A stretch of 59,187 nt of DNA, filler included, from Sphacelaria rigidula (Eukaryota): assembly GCA_964200075.2 (NCBI GenBank). It is 9 parts of 9 records of this genome, joined end to end, with 100 filler letters (N's around TTAATTAATTAA, not from the genome) between each part and the next. Parts side by side here need not be neighbours in the genome. Positions count along the whole stretch, not along the records: positions 32,940 to 39,426 come from CAXNAA020019790.1; positions 39,527 to 46,013 come from CAXNAA020019791.1; positions 46,114 to 52,600 come from CAXNAA020019792.1; 6 more parts are not named here. One strand, given 5' to 3'. The notes beneath the pieces are model-generated. The model worked only from the letters and a program-made list of their open reading frames with translations. It ran no database searches and had not been told where the DNA came from. This document shows, piece after piece, positions 37,575-49,382 of this stretch (position 1 is the stretch's first letter; the number at the start of each line of letters is the position of its first letter). The position numbers and the translations under genes are program-made.

Positions 37575-39361
37575 TAACTTGACCAATTTCATTTGTGTGT
37601 GTGCTTTTTTTCGCCTGAAACACTGTCCAACGCTTACAGCTACACGTCAAAATCCTACTCGGGGAAATTCAAGGCTTCATTCAGTGCCAAGCTACTGTAG
37701 GAAGCGTATCGGGGCCCGTACAAGGCCCGAAGGGGCATTCCGGAACTGAAACTATTTCATTCACTTATTGATGGCTTCTCACCCTCAATCATATCATAGA
37801 TTATCAATCTCACGAAAACATTGTTGTATGACGGATGTAAAACCGATGGGCCATGGATACGCTGTCTATGCGTTACACGTATGACGTTTATTTTGTTCCG
37901 AAACTCCCTACTTTTCCTCCTCCCGCGAAGATACGTGTTTCATTATCACTCGTGTTTGCTGGTCATGTGCAGGTCCCTTTAGTTGTGGCGTCCCATGAAA
38001 AAAAACTCGGCGTTAACCCTTAGACAGCGAGCGTCGCCTCGGAACAGCTTCAAAGGCTGACATTCCGGAGACATTCGGGGGTCTCCAGTGGCCGGGAGGT
38101 GTGGTTTTCGAGGGCGGGGGTGTCTGTCCGCAGAGTAGCCGAAGAGCTCACCAAGTCAGCCATGTGTGTTTGGAAGTTTCTCGCGGAAAATCGTGAGCCG
38201 TGCACGAGGCCCGAGAGGCGCGGCATGCCCGTTCTGACCAATGACGGTCGTCAAAAATGTGCACGTTCTTCCGGTTCGGGTGGACTAAATTGGACTAATT
38301 CGCTGTCTACGCCCACGACCCGTTTTGGTCATGGGAAATCAACCACAGATTACAGGGGTACAGATAATTTGTTTTGTATTCTGCTCGTGGTCTACGCCGC
38401 CTGCCTGACCCCTCATGTGCTGCCAACATAGCTTCACACTAGTGTCTGTAGTGTTGTTGTTGGGCACTAGGCAGAGGCATCAGCAGCATGCAGCAAATTG
38501 TGTTCAGTGGAGAGCGATGGCATACTAATACTGTCTCTTGCCGTTGCATCCAGTAAAGGCATACAGCACACATACATGCCGACTCCGCACGCAATTGACT
38601 GCAGGGTCAAAACTGGTCGAGGGTTCTCCGGGACTATTTTCTATATAGACGACAAATATCGACATGTGCGCGAATACGGCGTCTCGTGTACCGAGAAAAG
38701 AGCAGTTCTAAACCCCAAATGTGGCATAGTCCAACTCAGTCCACGTGCGGGGCGGTCGCTGTCACAGGGTTAATAATGTCAGACTGCGGCAGGAAGCTTC
38801 GTGCGTTCACCCGGTTAATCATTGGTTTTCAACGCGTTCAGCGAGAAACTGTCGAGCAGACGTGCATGCGAGCCAACTTTTTGGTCTAGATGGAGACAGC
38901 TGCTTTGTTGTAAGGCTTCAGTGCATGATGGGCGCTCGACATGAATGTGCAAAAGCTTGAGCTTCCCGCTGCGGTCAGATAACTCTCCGACGACCTATTG
39001 TTTTTGCGTTTGACTAGCGTCGTTTTTGCACTCTCGGACTCTCCTGTTGTTTTTGCGTTTGACTGGCGTCGTTTTTGCACAAGCGTAAAGCGTTTGAAAA
39101 AACGAGCTCTCCTTACTCCTCCGTCCGTCGCTGGAGTTGAGTTGAGAAGGCAGGCGGCTAGATGTACCGGAGGAACACTACAGAGATCCTGAATGCATCT
39201 CGAACTGCTCCCTTTCAAGGAACTGTGGGCAAGGGAATCGATAAAAAAAATTCCCGTCCTCTGCACGATGAGCAGTATTTCGGGCAGCGAATGGAACCGA
39301 GGTGGAGCTAAATCTCTGTCTACCCCTCAAGAAAGATGGACATGGAATGAGTGTGTGACCT

Positions 39362-39426
39362 CCCCCCCCCCCTGGTCCGGCGAGAACCCGGCATGCTCCG
39401 TCCCGGCTTTGTAGGGGCGGACCCCC
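39362..39426 (+). mobile_element. 5' end of the poly(C)-bounded Penelope-like element at the contig end
   Basis: C11 followed by TGGTCCGGCGAGAACCCGGCATGCTCCGTCCCGGCTTTGTAGGGGCGGACCCC. Confidence 0.75.
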
Positions 39427-39526
39427 NNNNNNNNNNNNNNNNNNNNNNNNNNNNNNNNNNNNNNNNNNNNTTAATTAATTAANNNNNNNNNNNNNNNNNN
39501 NNNNNNNNNNNNNNNNNNNNNNNNNN

Positions 39527-39740
39527 CCGGCTTTGTAGGGATGCGAGGTCGATGGTCTGATGACTACGGCATGCATGATCATGACTACACCCCCACACCC
39601 ACACCCCCTACGCGCGCGCGCTTGGTGATTAATTGCAAGCCTGGTCCGGCGAAAACCCGGCATGCTCCGTCCCGGCTCTGTCGGAAAGCGAGGCCAACGG
39701 TCATATGACAATGGCATGCAAGATCATGAGTACACCCCCG
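39527..39740 (+). mobile_element. Two stacked truncated copies of the poly(C)-bounded element separated by a C/CA-rich tract
   Basis: Tail...GATCATGACTACA-CCCCCACACCCACACCCCC, then a 5'-truncated copy ending GATCATGAGTACA-CCCCC. Confidence 0.75.
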
Positions 39741-39884
39741 CCCTGTTTGTTTTCGAGTAAACGTCTTCCGTTTTCACAAGAAGGGAGTCTCTGGTCTAGG
39801 AAAACCGTTATTTCCAAGGGTCAGTGGGGGGGGAGGAGGGACCCGAAAAGTAAAATGCAGCTTAGACGTCAAACTTGCTTCAAG

Positions 39885-39956
39885 CTTCCGTGGTTTGAGC
39901 CCGGATTGTCCCTCCACCTAGCAGGGTGTGCTCTACGGTACCACTGAGCATGCCCA
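39885..39956 (-). other. tRNA-like remnant (pseudo-tRNA or SINE head)
   Basis: Minus strand has a D-arm and A-box (GCTCAGTGGTA...GAGC) and a T-arm-like CCGGGCTCAAACCACGG. No intact acceptor stem. Confidence 0.4.
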
Positions 39957-40118
39957 AAGTGTACCTCGCTTCCTTCCCTGATATTTGACCTATTAATAGT
40001 CTTCTTCTTGCATTATGCCCTTGTTTGTGGTCTGATCTCGCTCCCCACCCCCACCCCCGTGCCCTCTCTCTACATATATATCCCTCTCTCCCTGTTGCGC
40101 TGTACGAACGACGACCAG

Positions 40119-40207
40119 ACATGTTGCTGGGCGATGCCAAGTCGACGATAGAGGCTCTACTCACTGACGTCAAGGCTCACTACACATCTCACGGGGAGAA
40201 GGTCTAA
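40119..40207 (+). CDS. NNT: Last coding exon of NAD(P) transhydrogenase (end of domain III)
   Basis: Pyrimidine tract...ccag|AC ATG TTG CTG GGC GAT GCC AAG gives MLLGDAKSTIEALLTDVKAHYTSHGEKV*. This matches the NNT/PntB C-terminal ML(L/F)GDAK motif. Confidence 0.8.
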
Positions 40208-41010
40208 GTACAGTAACCGAGATCCTTCTCCGGTGCATCGGGAATCCTCCTGCCCCCTCTCTCCCGAACCCGATTTATCTTATTTGTTTGATTTTCCCCC
40301 ACATGCCGCCCCAGCACGGATCAGTGGTCGGGTAGAAAAGGCTCCACGCTATTGATAGGGGAAATTTTGATCGATTCAATCATGGATGCGGACTTTCAGG
40401 ATATTTTCAAGTGTATCTTGCAAGTTAATATTGCGCGTGTTTTCGGGGGAATTGTTGAGCTATTGCTCGAGGAGGGGAGTTATCCTTTTCTTCTCTTTTC
40501 TTGTGGCCGGCCGATCAAAAGATCTGTGGGCGCCCAACTAGTGCGGGTAGTTTATTTAGGAGGTGAAGATGGTGAGTGATGGCTACGGCTGGGCTCTTGA
40601 GTCTTGGGCACGGAATGGCATGGCGATGTGTACGGTTCGGGGGCTCCCTCGTCGTCTGTCTCTCTCTTTGTGCGTCCGTTCTGTGTGCGGAGTTGGATGT
40701 GTTGCATCGCTTCGTCTTTTGCCTCTTGAGGTGGCCAATTTTTACAGTTGTTGCGTAGAGCCACGGTAGCGATAATTATATGTCAAGTATGTGATGCGCA
40801 TGGAATCGTGACCTGCCTCCGTGACAAGTCGAAGTGTAGGGGGTCGGCCACCACCTGTCTACACCTGTCGAATGCTTTTGTTGGTCAAGAGGTTGTGAGA
40901 GGTGAAGAAGTTTTGTAGCGCCGGTTTTGGTATTTTTCTTCAACGTCAAGGAAGAAACGTTTTTTGCCAGGACAAGGAAGAGGCAAAGAAAAAAAAAGCT
41001 ACAACTAAAC

Positions 41011-41427
41011 AGCCTGGATCCGTTTTTGAGGTTCAACATTTTCATGAGTTTCAACTCGAAAACAGTGCTTTCCCCGACCTCAAGTCATGACCAATGAGAG
41101 TCATATGGACGACCTTACGCCCCCCGACCTCCTTGAAACTATTTTGGGAGGTTGCCCGTCTTCGGTGTCCCCAAAGCGTATGTGCGAAAGCACCTTTTCG
41201 CCTCGATATCGGGGCGAAGAGGGGAACGTTTTTAGCCGACAATAGTGCTTTCGCACGTACACTTTGGGGGCACGGAAGACGGGCAACCTCCCAAAATAGT
41301 TTCAAGGAGGTCGGGGGGCATAAGGTCGTCCACATGAAAGTCATTGGTCATGACTTGAGGTCGGGGAAAGCACTGTTTTCGAGTTGAAACTCATGAAAAT
41401 GTTAAACCTCAAAAACGGATCCAGGCT
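41011..41427. mobile_element. Young, near-perfect 417-bp foldback MITE
   Basis: AGCCTGGATCCGTTTTTGAGGTT...GGGAGGTTGCCCGTCTTC is mirrored with few mismatches over ~185 bp per arm. Confidence 0.9.
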
Positions 41428-42909
41428 CTCAAAAGGTGCTTGTACCCTAGTATTGTGGCTTTTCGTTTTTTTTGTAAAGAGTCGTCTTGTTTGTTAAGGC
41501 TGAGTGCATGGTACGTATTTCGGGCGCCAAATTTGTATGCGGATGATAGATGTACGGTTGGGTGTAAGTGACGGTGATGGGATGGATAGACGACAATCGA
41601 ACAGAGGAGTCATTTGGAGAGTAAGTAATGAGGACTGTGTTTATTGCAAAAAGGAGACACTTTGGCAGATTCAAAACAGCATCCCGGCATAGATTACAAG
41701 GCGTTGGAGGGAAAAGGTGAAGCAGTGAGCACAAGTGTTTTGGCACTCTACATGGATATACAGGGCACGAATGAGTCCATTCGGTGGAACATTTTTTTGT
41801 CGTTTATTTCAGATCAGATGAGGCAAGCAACAAGATCCACATGCACTAGTGGTGGTTGGAAAATGGTCTTGACGGGGCGAATATCCTATATTTTCACTGT
41901 GGGATGGTCTGAGTGACGGGGGGTGGCTTAGCGTTTCCATCGAGAGCCCACATGGAGGCATTACATACAGGCGAATCAACGTGCGCAAGTGCGGCCTTCC
42001 ATGGTGCGCAGCAACGCCGTGCGAATCTGCAAATTCAAGAAAAACGCATGACACAGGTTCGTCGTCCATCATCATCCCTTTTTTTTTTTTTTCTTCAACG
42101 TCTTGAAACGTGAGGTGCTTGTTTTGTCGGCATCGCACTGATTTGTTGGAGGATATGGGACGAGAAGAAAACCATTACTCGTACTTCATATTTTTTGTGA
42201 AATTTGCGTCGTGTATCGTCCACACCCCGCACAGTGTGTGAAAAAAGTGAGTGTGGTCAATCGATACCTGCAATAGAAAAACATATACCGCGTAAAGTAT
42301 AGGTCTCTCGTTCAACCCTTGACCACACACACAAAAGTCATGGAGTTTACCTAGTACACTTTTTTTTTCGTTGCAGCTATTGACCATACATTGTCTAGGG
42401 TGCGGTGTCTTGATGACGGTGGTCAGCCAACACAAGTGGGGTGGTCCCAACTCTTCACTTGCCCCTCCCCTCCCTCCCCCCACAACATCCCGGACCTACG
42501 ACGTCGTGAGAAAGATATGTAAAACGATTAACTGACAGGACTTCGTAGATGGTATCACCCAAGGTGAGGATCACTGATTATTGCAGATGTGCGCTGCGGC
42601 GCAATTCGGCAATTTCGTACACGAGTGGAGACCACATCTATACTCGCAGTCCAGATGTGCAACGTGCGCAGTACGCTCCCGACCGAGAGTCTTTGACGAG
42701 AGTATAGCGAATTTAGATGTCACGAACCAACCGGTATCTGTACGAAATTGTGATAATTCGGCGCCCTGCCGCGCCTTCGATCATCATTGTCACAGGCAGC
42801 AGCGCAGCGAAGAAAAATCGCCGCACCATATATTATATCGTCACCACTTACTGTAAACAATCCCGCACGTCTTAATCATTGACTCTTTTAATAGTTAATG
42901 TATTTAGAA

Positions 42910-43435
42910 GCTGTTGATATCCGTCTTCAGGCCATGTCCGTAGGTTCCTCTCGTGGGTGGGAAGAAAATCTTCCAGAAAATGCCCATCATTTTGTGTTCG
43001 ACAAGTCAGCGCCAATTCTGGCCTAGGAAGGGTCTCGTAAGAATCTGTTGCACTCTCCGAGAGGATTCCAGCGCACTTTCCGGATACTTCGCACACTGAG
43101 TTTGACTCTTGGTCTGACGAGCGATATCCCGTACGCACCAAGAATACACGATACTTACTTGCTATCCGAATTCCCGAGTCCTTGACTGAGTTCAGTCGTG
43201 GACGTTTTTTGGGTGTACGAGAAATGACTTGGAGTCTCGCCGAGAGTCAAACCGGGTAAACGAAAAATCGACAGAGAGTGCGTCGGAATCCTCGAAGAGT
43301 ACAGGACTTCTTTCCGAGGTGTCACAATCTGCCCACGGTAACCCTCTCTTTGGTCCAAAGTCGGCGCCGGATCACCGAACATACCGACGTTTGTAGCGAG
43401 ATTTTCCCCATACACATGAGACGTGAGATCAACAT
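42910..43435. mobile_element. Old degenerate foldback MITE related to the core of 33426-33901
   Basis: GAGGATTCCAGCGCAC...TTTGACTCTTGG pairs with CCGAGAGTCAAA...GTGCGTCGGAATCCTCG. Boundaries approximate. Confidence 0.6.
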
Positions 43436-46353
43436 TAAAAAATGTGATCCAAAGAAATAAGATTCCGGGAAATGAAGTCCAAAGTTTACCCTGTTATTGA
43501 TTGGTCGCCACAATATCACTCCCTCCCCCCCCAAAAAAACAAGTACTCGTAGACGTTATTTCTGCTTTGTTAAAAAAAACTTCAAGGACTTCGTGGAGAG
43601 GAGTTCGACCATATTCGCCAAATGTTTTTCTCTACATGGAGCACAACGATCGTCGCGACCATAATGTGATAAATATGCAGAGATGTGATGCAGACCTAGC
43701 GTACGGACACACAATAACTATCTTCTATCCTAGTGTATGTACTTGAGACGTGTCTTCTCATTATTTTTCGATCGAAAATGTGCGGTGGAGAAGGACACTA
43801 CAATCTGGCAGGTCGTGGTTTCAACAATCTATCGTAATTTATTATGTTGATGGAAATCACGACCTATCAGATCGGAACTCTTGTTTTTTACGCACTTTTT
43901 CGATTTAAAAAAATGTGCTGCTACGTACGAGTAAGACACGCCCTAAAGAAGACAACATTACTCGTAGGCGCTGATCAACCGAGTAGTACCAGCTCCTCGC
44001 TTCGGGCGGAATCGGTTCAAAAAATCGAATGCGATGAGATGATTCATGCCAGAGACGCCGAGTAACACCCGCACAACACGGGGATCACCACTTCCTTCTG
44101 TAAGCAGCACCCAGCCGTCACTCCCCCAACATTTGACAGACTGCCGTGGACGACAATGACCACTGCATGTAAGTGAGCGAGGGGCTACCACCAGACTCAT
44201 GTCCCACACGTTCCTCATTTAGGCTCGTGTCCGGCGAGTCCAGAGAGAAACCGCTCTGAGGGGGGTGGGGGGGGGGGGGGGGGGGGGGATGTTCTTTTTG
44301 TTGTCCCCCCAAAACAAAAAAAACATTGGGGGGGCCACCCCACCCCCCNNNNNNNNNNGACGCGAGTTCGGCGGCGGGTGGGGGGGGGGGGGGGGTGGGG
44401 GGAGCAGGGGGCGCGGGGGGGGGGGGGGGCGGGGGGGGGGGGGGGGGGGACGTACATTTACGTGTTCTCGCTACAACTCAAACTAATCACTGTGGGCAGA
44501 CAACCTCCGACCTTCGGCAGGATCGTTCCTCGTTGAAATCCTTCCATCGCGAGGGTAGACGACAATGAACGAGGCCGACTTAACAGATCGTCGACCCTCA
44601 CGGTCTAAGGGGTACCCCTCGACCACCAGGGGCACGCCATCTATTGAATCGGCACCACTGGGGGTACAGTACGCTATCCGTTGAATCCGGCACCATATTT
44701 GTTTTGAAAATGTGAAGACTCATGTGGCCCACCCTGGGGATTGATTAACGGCTCGAGTATGAAAATTTTGGGGTCTTCATCGCAGGATCATCCAGCACTA
44801 AAATCGATATGAGAAAGGTTCGCAATGAGATAATGCACAACCTCAAAATTAACCTCTCGCATTGAAAGGGCTAAATGCTTCCTTTTCGCCGTCCCGTTGA
44901 GATCCAGCCTCATCCCGCCCATGTCCCAACACCAAGTGGCACGCAACAATCAACAGCATCATCATCCGCACTCACTGGGATGGTAGCGGAGCTACACCTG
45001 CCAAGCGACACAAAATGTACACAACTCAAACCACGATCACCGCGTAGCACACACATCGAACAGAGATCAACATCAAAAGAGAGGCCACACGGCGCGGGCA
45101 GGTATTGGCATCGCGGTGCCCACCCAAGCACCCGTAGATTAATTACTCGAAACAAACCGGGGACACCAAGCAAAACCTGACTACAGATAGAGATCCACAT
45201 AGTCGACAAGATTTGTGCCAACAAATACCATTTCGTGTGTATATATGTTGTCTGCTGCGCGAATCAAGCTGCTGCAAGGGGAGTATATGATTATGTGGAA
45301 GCGGTTCAAAACGCACGACCCACTCTTCAAATAGTCCTGGTGTACGTTTCCAGCGTGCATTCGTACGCGTGGTCAGCAAAACGGCCGCCCCGCTTCCTCT
45401 ACACACACACACACACACATGTTTACACGGCGCTCGATCGCCGGAAAAAAAACATCAAAAACATATCGGTGGCTGAAATGCCGCCACCTACCGTCGACGC
45501 CTTCATTTCACCAAAAATACCTCGAGCATTTTGACTGACTTACGAGGGTCGCACGCCCGGCAACGAGACGCGGGTCCCGCCCCAACGTACAAGCGGAGCC
45601 TTTCCCACCTACTTTAAATGCACGGGCAAACCAATTAACACAAATACACACATGGGCGCACGCAGACAATGGAACACCCCAGAGGTAAACTTTGACGTCA
45701 TTTTGCGTTCATCTAATGGTGCAGTCACCGCGAGCCCCTTGCGGACCGCACACCAAGTCCGTTCCTTCAGTACCAGGTACAGCCATCATCAATAACCTAA
45801 AAATATAATTTAATCCATGTAGTGCTGTAGTGACATTTTCACCAGACTGCCCCTTCAGCCGGTATTTCCCATAACTTCCGGCTGCGACTATTTACTATAC
45901 AAAATATGTCGCGCTTATGGAGTCTTTTACAGGAGAATACCCCCCCCCCCTCCCCTGCTCCGTCTCGAAAGGGATGCGTGGTCAATGGTCAAATGACTAA
46001 GGCAAGCAACAAANNNNNNNNNNNNNNNNNNNNNNNNNNNNNNNNNNNNNNNNNNNNTTAATTAATTAANNNNNNNNNNNNNNNNNNNNNNNNNNNNNNN
46101 NNNNNNNNNNNNNGCCACACCCCCCCCCAACAAAAAAAAAGGCATTCACCTCTCCCCACCCCCCCCCCTGTTCCCCCCCCCCCCCCCCCCCCCCCCCCCC
46201 GATCCCGCCGATCCCCCCGCCCCCAACTTCATTGCTGAGTCACGTCTTGCACTGTTTTCTGTCTTATAAGGCAGCGGCACGCGTCCCGACATTTCGCCCC
46301 CCCGTCCCCTGCCCCCTGTCGATCGCCACACGAGAACGAAAACGTTTTTTGCG

Positions 46354-46506
46354 TCATCTGTTGTTGACTGGCCTAGCTGCCTTTTCCATAAGCTTCGGAA
46401 TGTCTCCCGCGAACACTTTGTCCATCTCGGCCACCATACTCTTGTCCAGCCTCTGGAACTTGGAGATGTCCTTGATTTCCCGGAGGGATCGCCTAAATTT
46501 TTCCAC
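46354..46506 (-). CDS. EHD1: EHD-family ATPase, last exon
   Basis: cag|GTG...TGA gives VEKFRRSLREIKDISKFQRLDKSMVAEMDKVFAGDIPKLMEKAARPVNNR*. Matches the end of the EHD helical domain (DF.KF..L...L...VD..L..DI..LM). Not in the supplied ORF track. Confidence 0.88.
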   Translation of the reverse strand: MEKFRRSLREIKDISKFQRLDKSMVAEMDKVFAGDIPKLMEKAARPVNNR

Positions 46507-46561
46507 CTGGTTTCAGAGATTTTCACCACGAAAGTGAGACAGCACAAATATGGCAGAGATC

Positions 46562-47436
46562 TGGGAGGGGTGTACTCATGATATTACATGCCGTAGTCGT
46601 ATGACCGTTGACCTCGGCGGGCGGGGGTGGGGGGATACTCATGATCTTGCATGCCGTAGTCATATGATCATTGACCTCGCATCCCTACAAAGCCGGGACG
46701 GAGCACGCCGGGTTTTCGCTGGACCAGGCTCGCGATCAATCACCAAGCGTGAAGCGCCATGATGTGTTCGGCGAGTCGCATGAAGGGTGAGCTGCATCCT
46801 GCTGAGATTGTTCGGCCCAAAGCGTACTGATTATACTTGCATTTGAGTGACAGCCTCCCATGAGTTGCTTCATTTTTTGGTACCGCCACCTTCCAGAGAC
46901 AGCCACGGCTTTTTGTACATGCTTACCATTCAAACACCACGTAGTATGGCCATGCCTTTTTCGTTAACTGAGGTTCTCCCACGCCGCACAATATGACCTA
47001 GCTCGACCACCATCATGGTTACCGCAAAAAAAAACGCAAGCGCGCAAAACAAATCTATAACCTGGTTGCCTAGCTTACGCAGTGAGTGGGGCGTCATCGC
47101 CAACCAACGCCAACCCCATCGGGGGTCCGTCCCTACAAAGCCGGGACGGAGCAGGCTGTGTTCTTGCCGGACCAGGCTTGTAATTACAAATTGCGAAGCG
47201 ACGTGCTGTGTTCAGCTAGTCGCATGAAGGGTGAATTGCATCCTGCTCAGATTGCTCGGCCCGAAGGAAAACGATTTTCTTGCATGTGGATGACAGCCTC
47301 CAATGAGTTGCTTTATTTATGATATTGCAACTTCCAGAGGCAGCCACGGATTACTGTCTCGTGGGTGCCTCACCACATGAACACTACATAGTACGATCAT
47401 TCCCCGCGGAGTTAAGGTTCTCCCACCCCGCATTAT
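46562..47436 (-). mobile_element. Poly(C)-bounded Penelope-like element: partial-tandem copy plus an adjacent short tail copy, in an EHD intron
   Basis: The 44-bp repeat occurs at 46683-46726 and 47131-47174, and the body resumes after the second repeat up to ~47436. Confidence 0.8.
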
Positions 47437-47516
47437 GCCCTCATTTAATCCAAGTGATGCAGTTGACTCCAGTTATGGAGGTCACGAGTTCGAATCCCGA
47501 CGGATTCCTTTTTTTT
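47437..47516 (+). other. tRNA-like / Pol III remnant
   Basis: GGAGGTCACGAGTTCGAATCCCG (B-box/T-loop) followed by a T8 run. The cloverleaf is not intact. Confidence 0.35.
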
Positions 47517-48237
47517 GTTCCGTCGGTTAGGTGATACATTATGCAGTACATATATATTTTTTTTTAAATCATCCAGCGGCGGTCCCGTGCGTCACCACGT
47601 TGGTCTGCAGGTCACACCGATATACTCAAGTCGGGCTGATTTGGTAAACTCGATAAGTTATGGTGGGAGATGCAAATGCGGGATTTACTGCTGGCCCAGC
47701 TCGTACTCCTTGCAACTGCGGCATGTATGACAAGTCAAGTATGGAGGGCCCGGCGCATCGTGCTGGAGGCCGCCGTGCACTTCCGCTGCGCAGGGCATGG
47801 CTACAGCGTGCTCTGTGTCGGCACGTCCACCTTTATTTGGGGTTCCGTTACTCATGGGAAGGCATGGCAGACCCGGCTAAAGAGCGGGTTTGAGGAGTAC
47901 AAGGAAAACCGCCTCCATCATTTCGTTTTTCGTGACAAGCAATTTCCGTCGAACTCCCGAATGCTCTTGACTTGGGCGCTCTCAATTAGGGGTATCCAAT
48001 GCATATACACTACATTCATATATGCACGCACACACGAACACCATCGGGCCCTTCGTTTCCAACCGGCGCTGACGGACATGTGCAAGGAAAGTAAAGTCTT
48101 TACTCAACACACAGAACCGAATCAGGCACATGTTGATTGCTGCCCGTTTCGCTGAGCATGTGAGATCCTCTAAACCGCAGTACACCCCAGAACATAACGT
48201 GTTTTACCACGAGCGCAGAGAAGCTGGTTGTGCATAC

Positions 48238-48318
48238 CTTGGGGAAGTCTCCCAGAGGCAGCCCATATCGCCGGGCACATGCGAGGAACTCTTGGTCTAG
48301 TCGCCTTATTAGTCTCTC
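48238..48318 (-). CDS. EHD1: EHD-family ATPase, penultimate exon
   Basis: cag|GAG...AAG|gtatgc gives ERLIRRLDQEFLACARRYGLPLGDFPK (conserved GDFP), phase 0/0. Confidence 0.9.
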
Positions 48319-48397
48319 CTGTCGTCACATAATCACCAGAAGATAGACGACAGATAATACGGATACGACCTACATTATTACACGCTGTGACCCAAGC

Positions 48398-48768
48398 GGG
48401 GGGAAGATACTCGTGATCTTGCATACCATTGTCATCAGACCATTGACCTCGCGTCCCTACACAAGCCGGGGCGGAGCACGCCGGGTTTTCGCCGGACCAG
48501 GCTCGCGACCACCAAGCGCGGAGCGTACTATCTTGCAGATGGACGGCAGCCTGGAATGAGTTGCAATGATTTTCTGGTATCGCCGGTTCCAGAGACAGCC
48601 ACGGGTTACACTGTCTCATGGGAGTCTCACCATTTGAGCACTTGAGCACCACGTAGCACGACCAACCCCTTTGCGCGGAGTTGAGGTTTGCCCACCCCGC
48701 ACAATATGATCTGATCCAACCACCATCACGGTAATCACAAAAAAAAACGCAGGAGCGCGGTGGGGGGG
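48398..48768 (-). mobile_element. Truncated poly(C)-bounded Penelope-like copy in an EHD intron
   Basis: G-tract, tail, repeat and body, truncated at AAAACGCAGGAGCGC and followed by another G-tract. Confidence 0.8.
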
Positions 48769-49214
48769 GACAACTAGTGCAAGCGGATACAAAAGGTACG
48801 AGGTAGGAGATGGTTGCACGAGCTACTGCACCACATAAAGAACGTATTACTGTGAGTGTTGGTTGTGAGACCCCCGCAAGCACGACCAGCGAAATGGCAC
48901 CGACAAAAATACCATCCGTGCTACGCACACTAAACGGCCCCATCAGTAGTGCATCCTCGTTTTGTAGAACGCGGAATATGTGTGCGCGAGACGTGAAAAA
49001 AAAAACGAGCCGCCTACGCTCTTCACCCGTGGCTACCCTTCCCTATTCCCACTTGATTGTCGGGGTACCCAAGCGAAGACAGCGAATGGGGTGGGGGGGC
49101 AAGAGGACTCTAGCAAGAAAAACGCGAAGATAGTCGCACAGCACGTGCCGGCAGGCTGGCATATGGTACAAAATACGCGCCAACACACTCGTACGTAACA
49201 GATACAACACACAC

Positions 49215-49382
49215 CTGCTTGTCCTGCTTTCCCATCATGTACGGCATCTGTTTCCGGAGGTAGTGGATGATGTAGGCGTGCACCTTGACGCTCCTTGCGC
49301 GCTTGACCAACTCGTTGATACGTCTCACGACCGCGTTTTCCGGGAGCTGCCTTAACTCCTCCAGGAGGTCCTGCTTTTCCCG
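49215..49382 (-). CDS. EHD1: EHD-family ATPase, internal exon
   Basis: cag|CGG...CAG|gtgtgt gives REKQDLLEELRQLPENAVVRRINELVKRARSVKVHAYIIHYLRKQMPYMMGKQDKQ, with the EHD signature KRAR..KVHAYII. Confidence 0.93.

Noticed and set aside
39550..39575. Hammerhead ribozyme core CTGATGA in the element tail (also minus strand near 48432-48438)
   Set aside because: The motif is not conserved (CATATGA, CCTATGA, CAAATGA in other copies), and stems I and II cannot be formed with the upstream GAAA.
39362..39740. A single element spanning the 39427-39526 gap
   Set aside because: The two sides belong to different size-sorted contigs, and both simply break in the same repeat.
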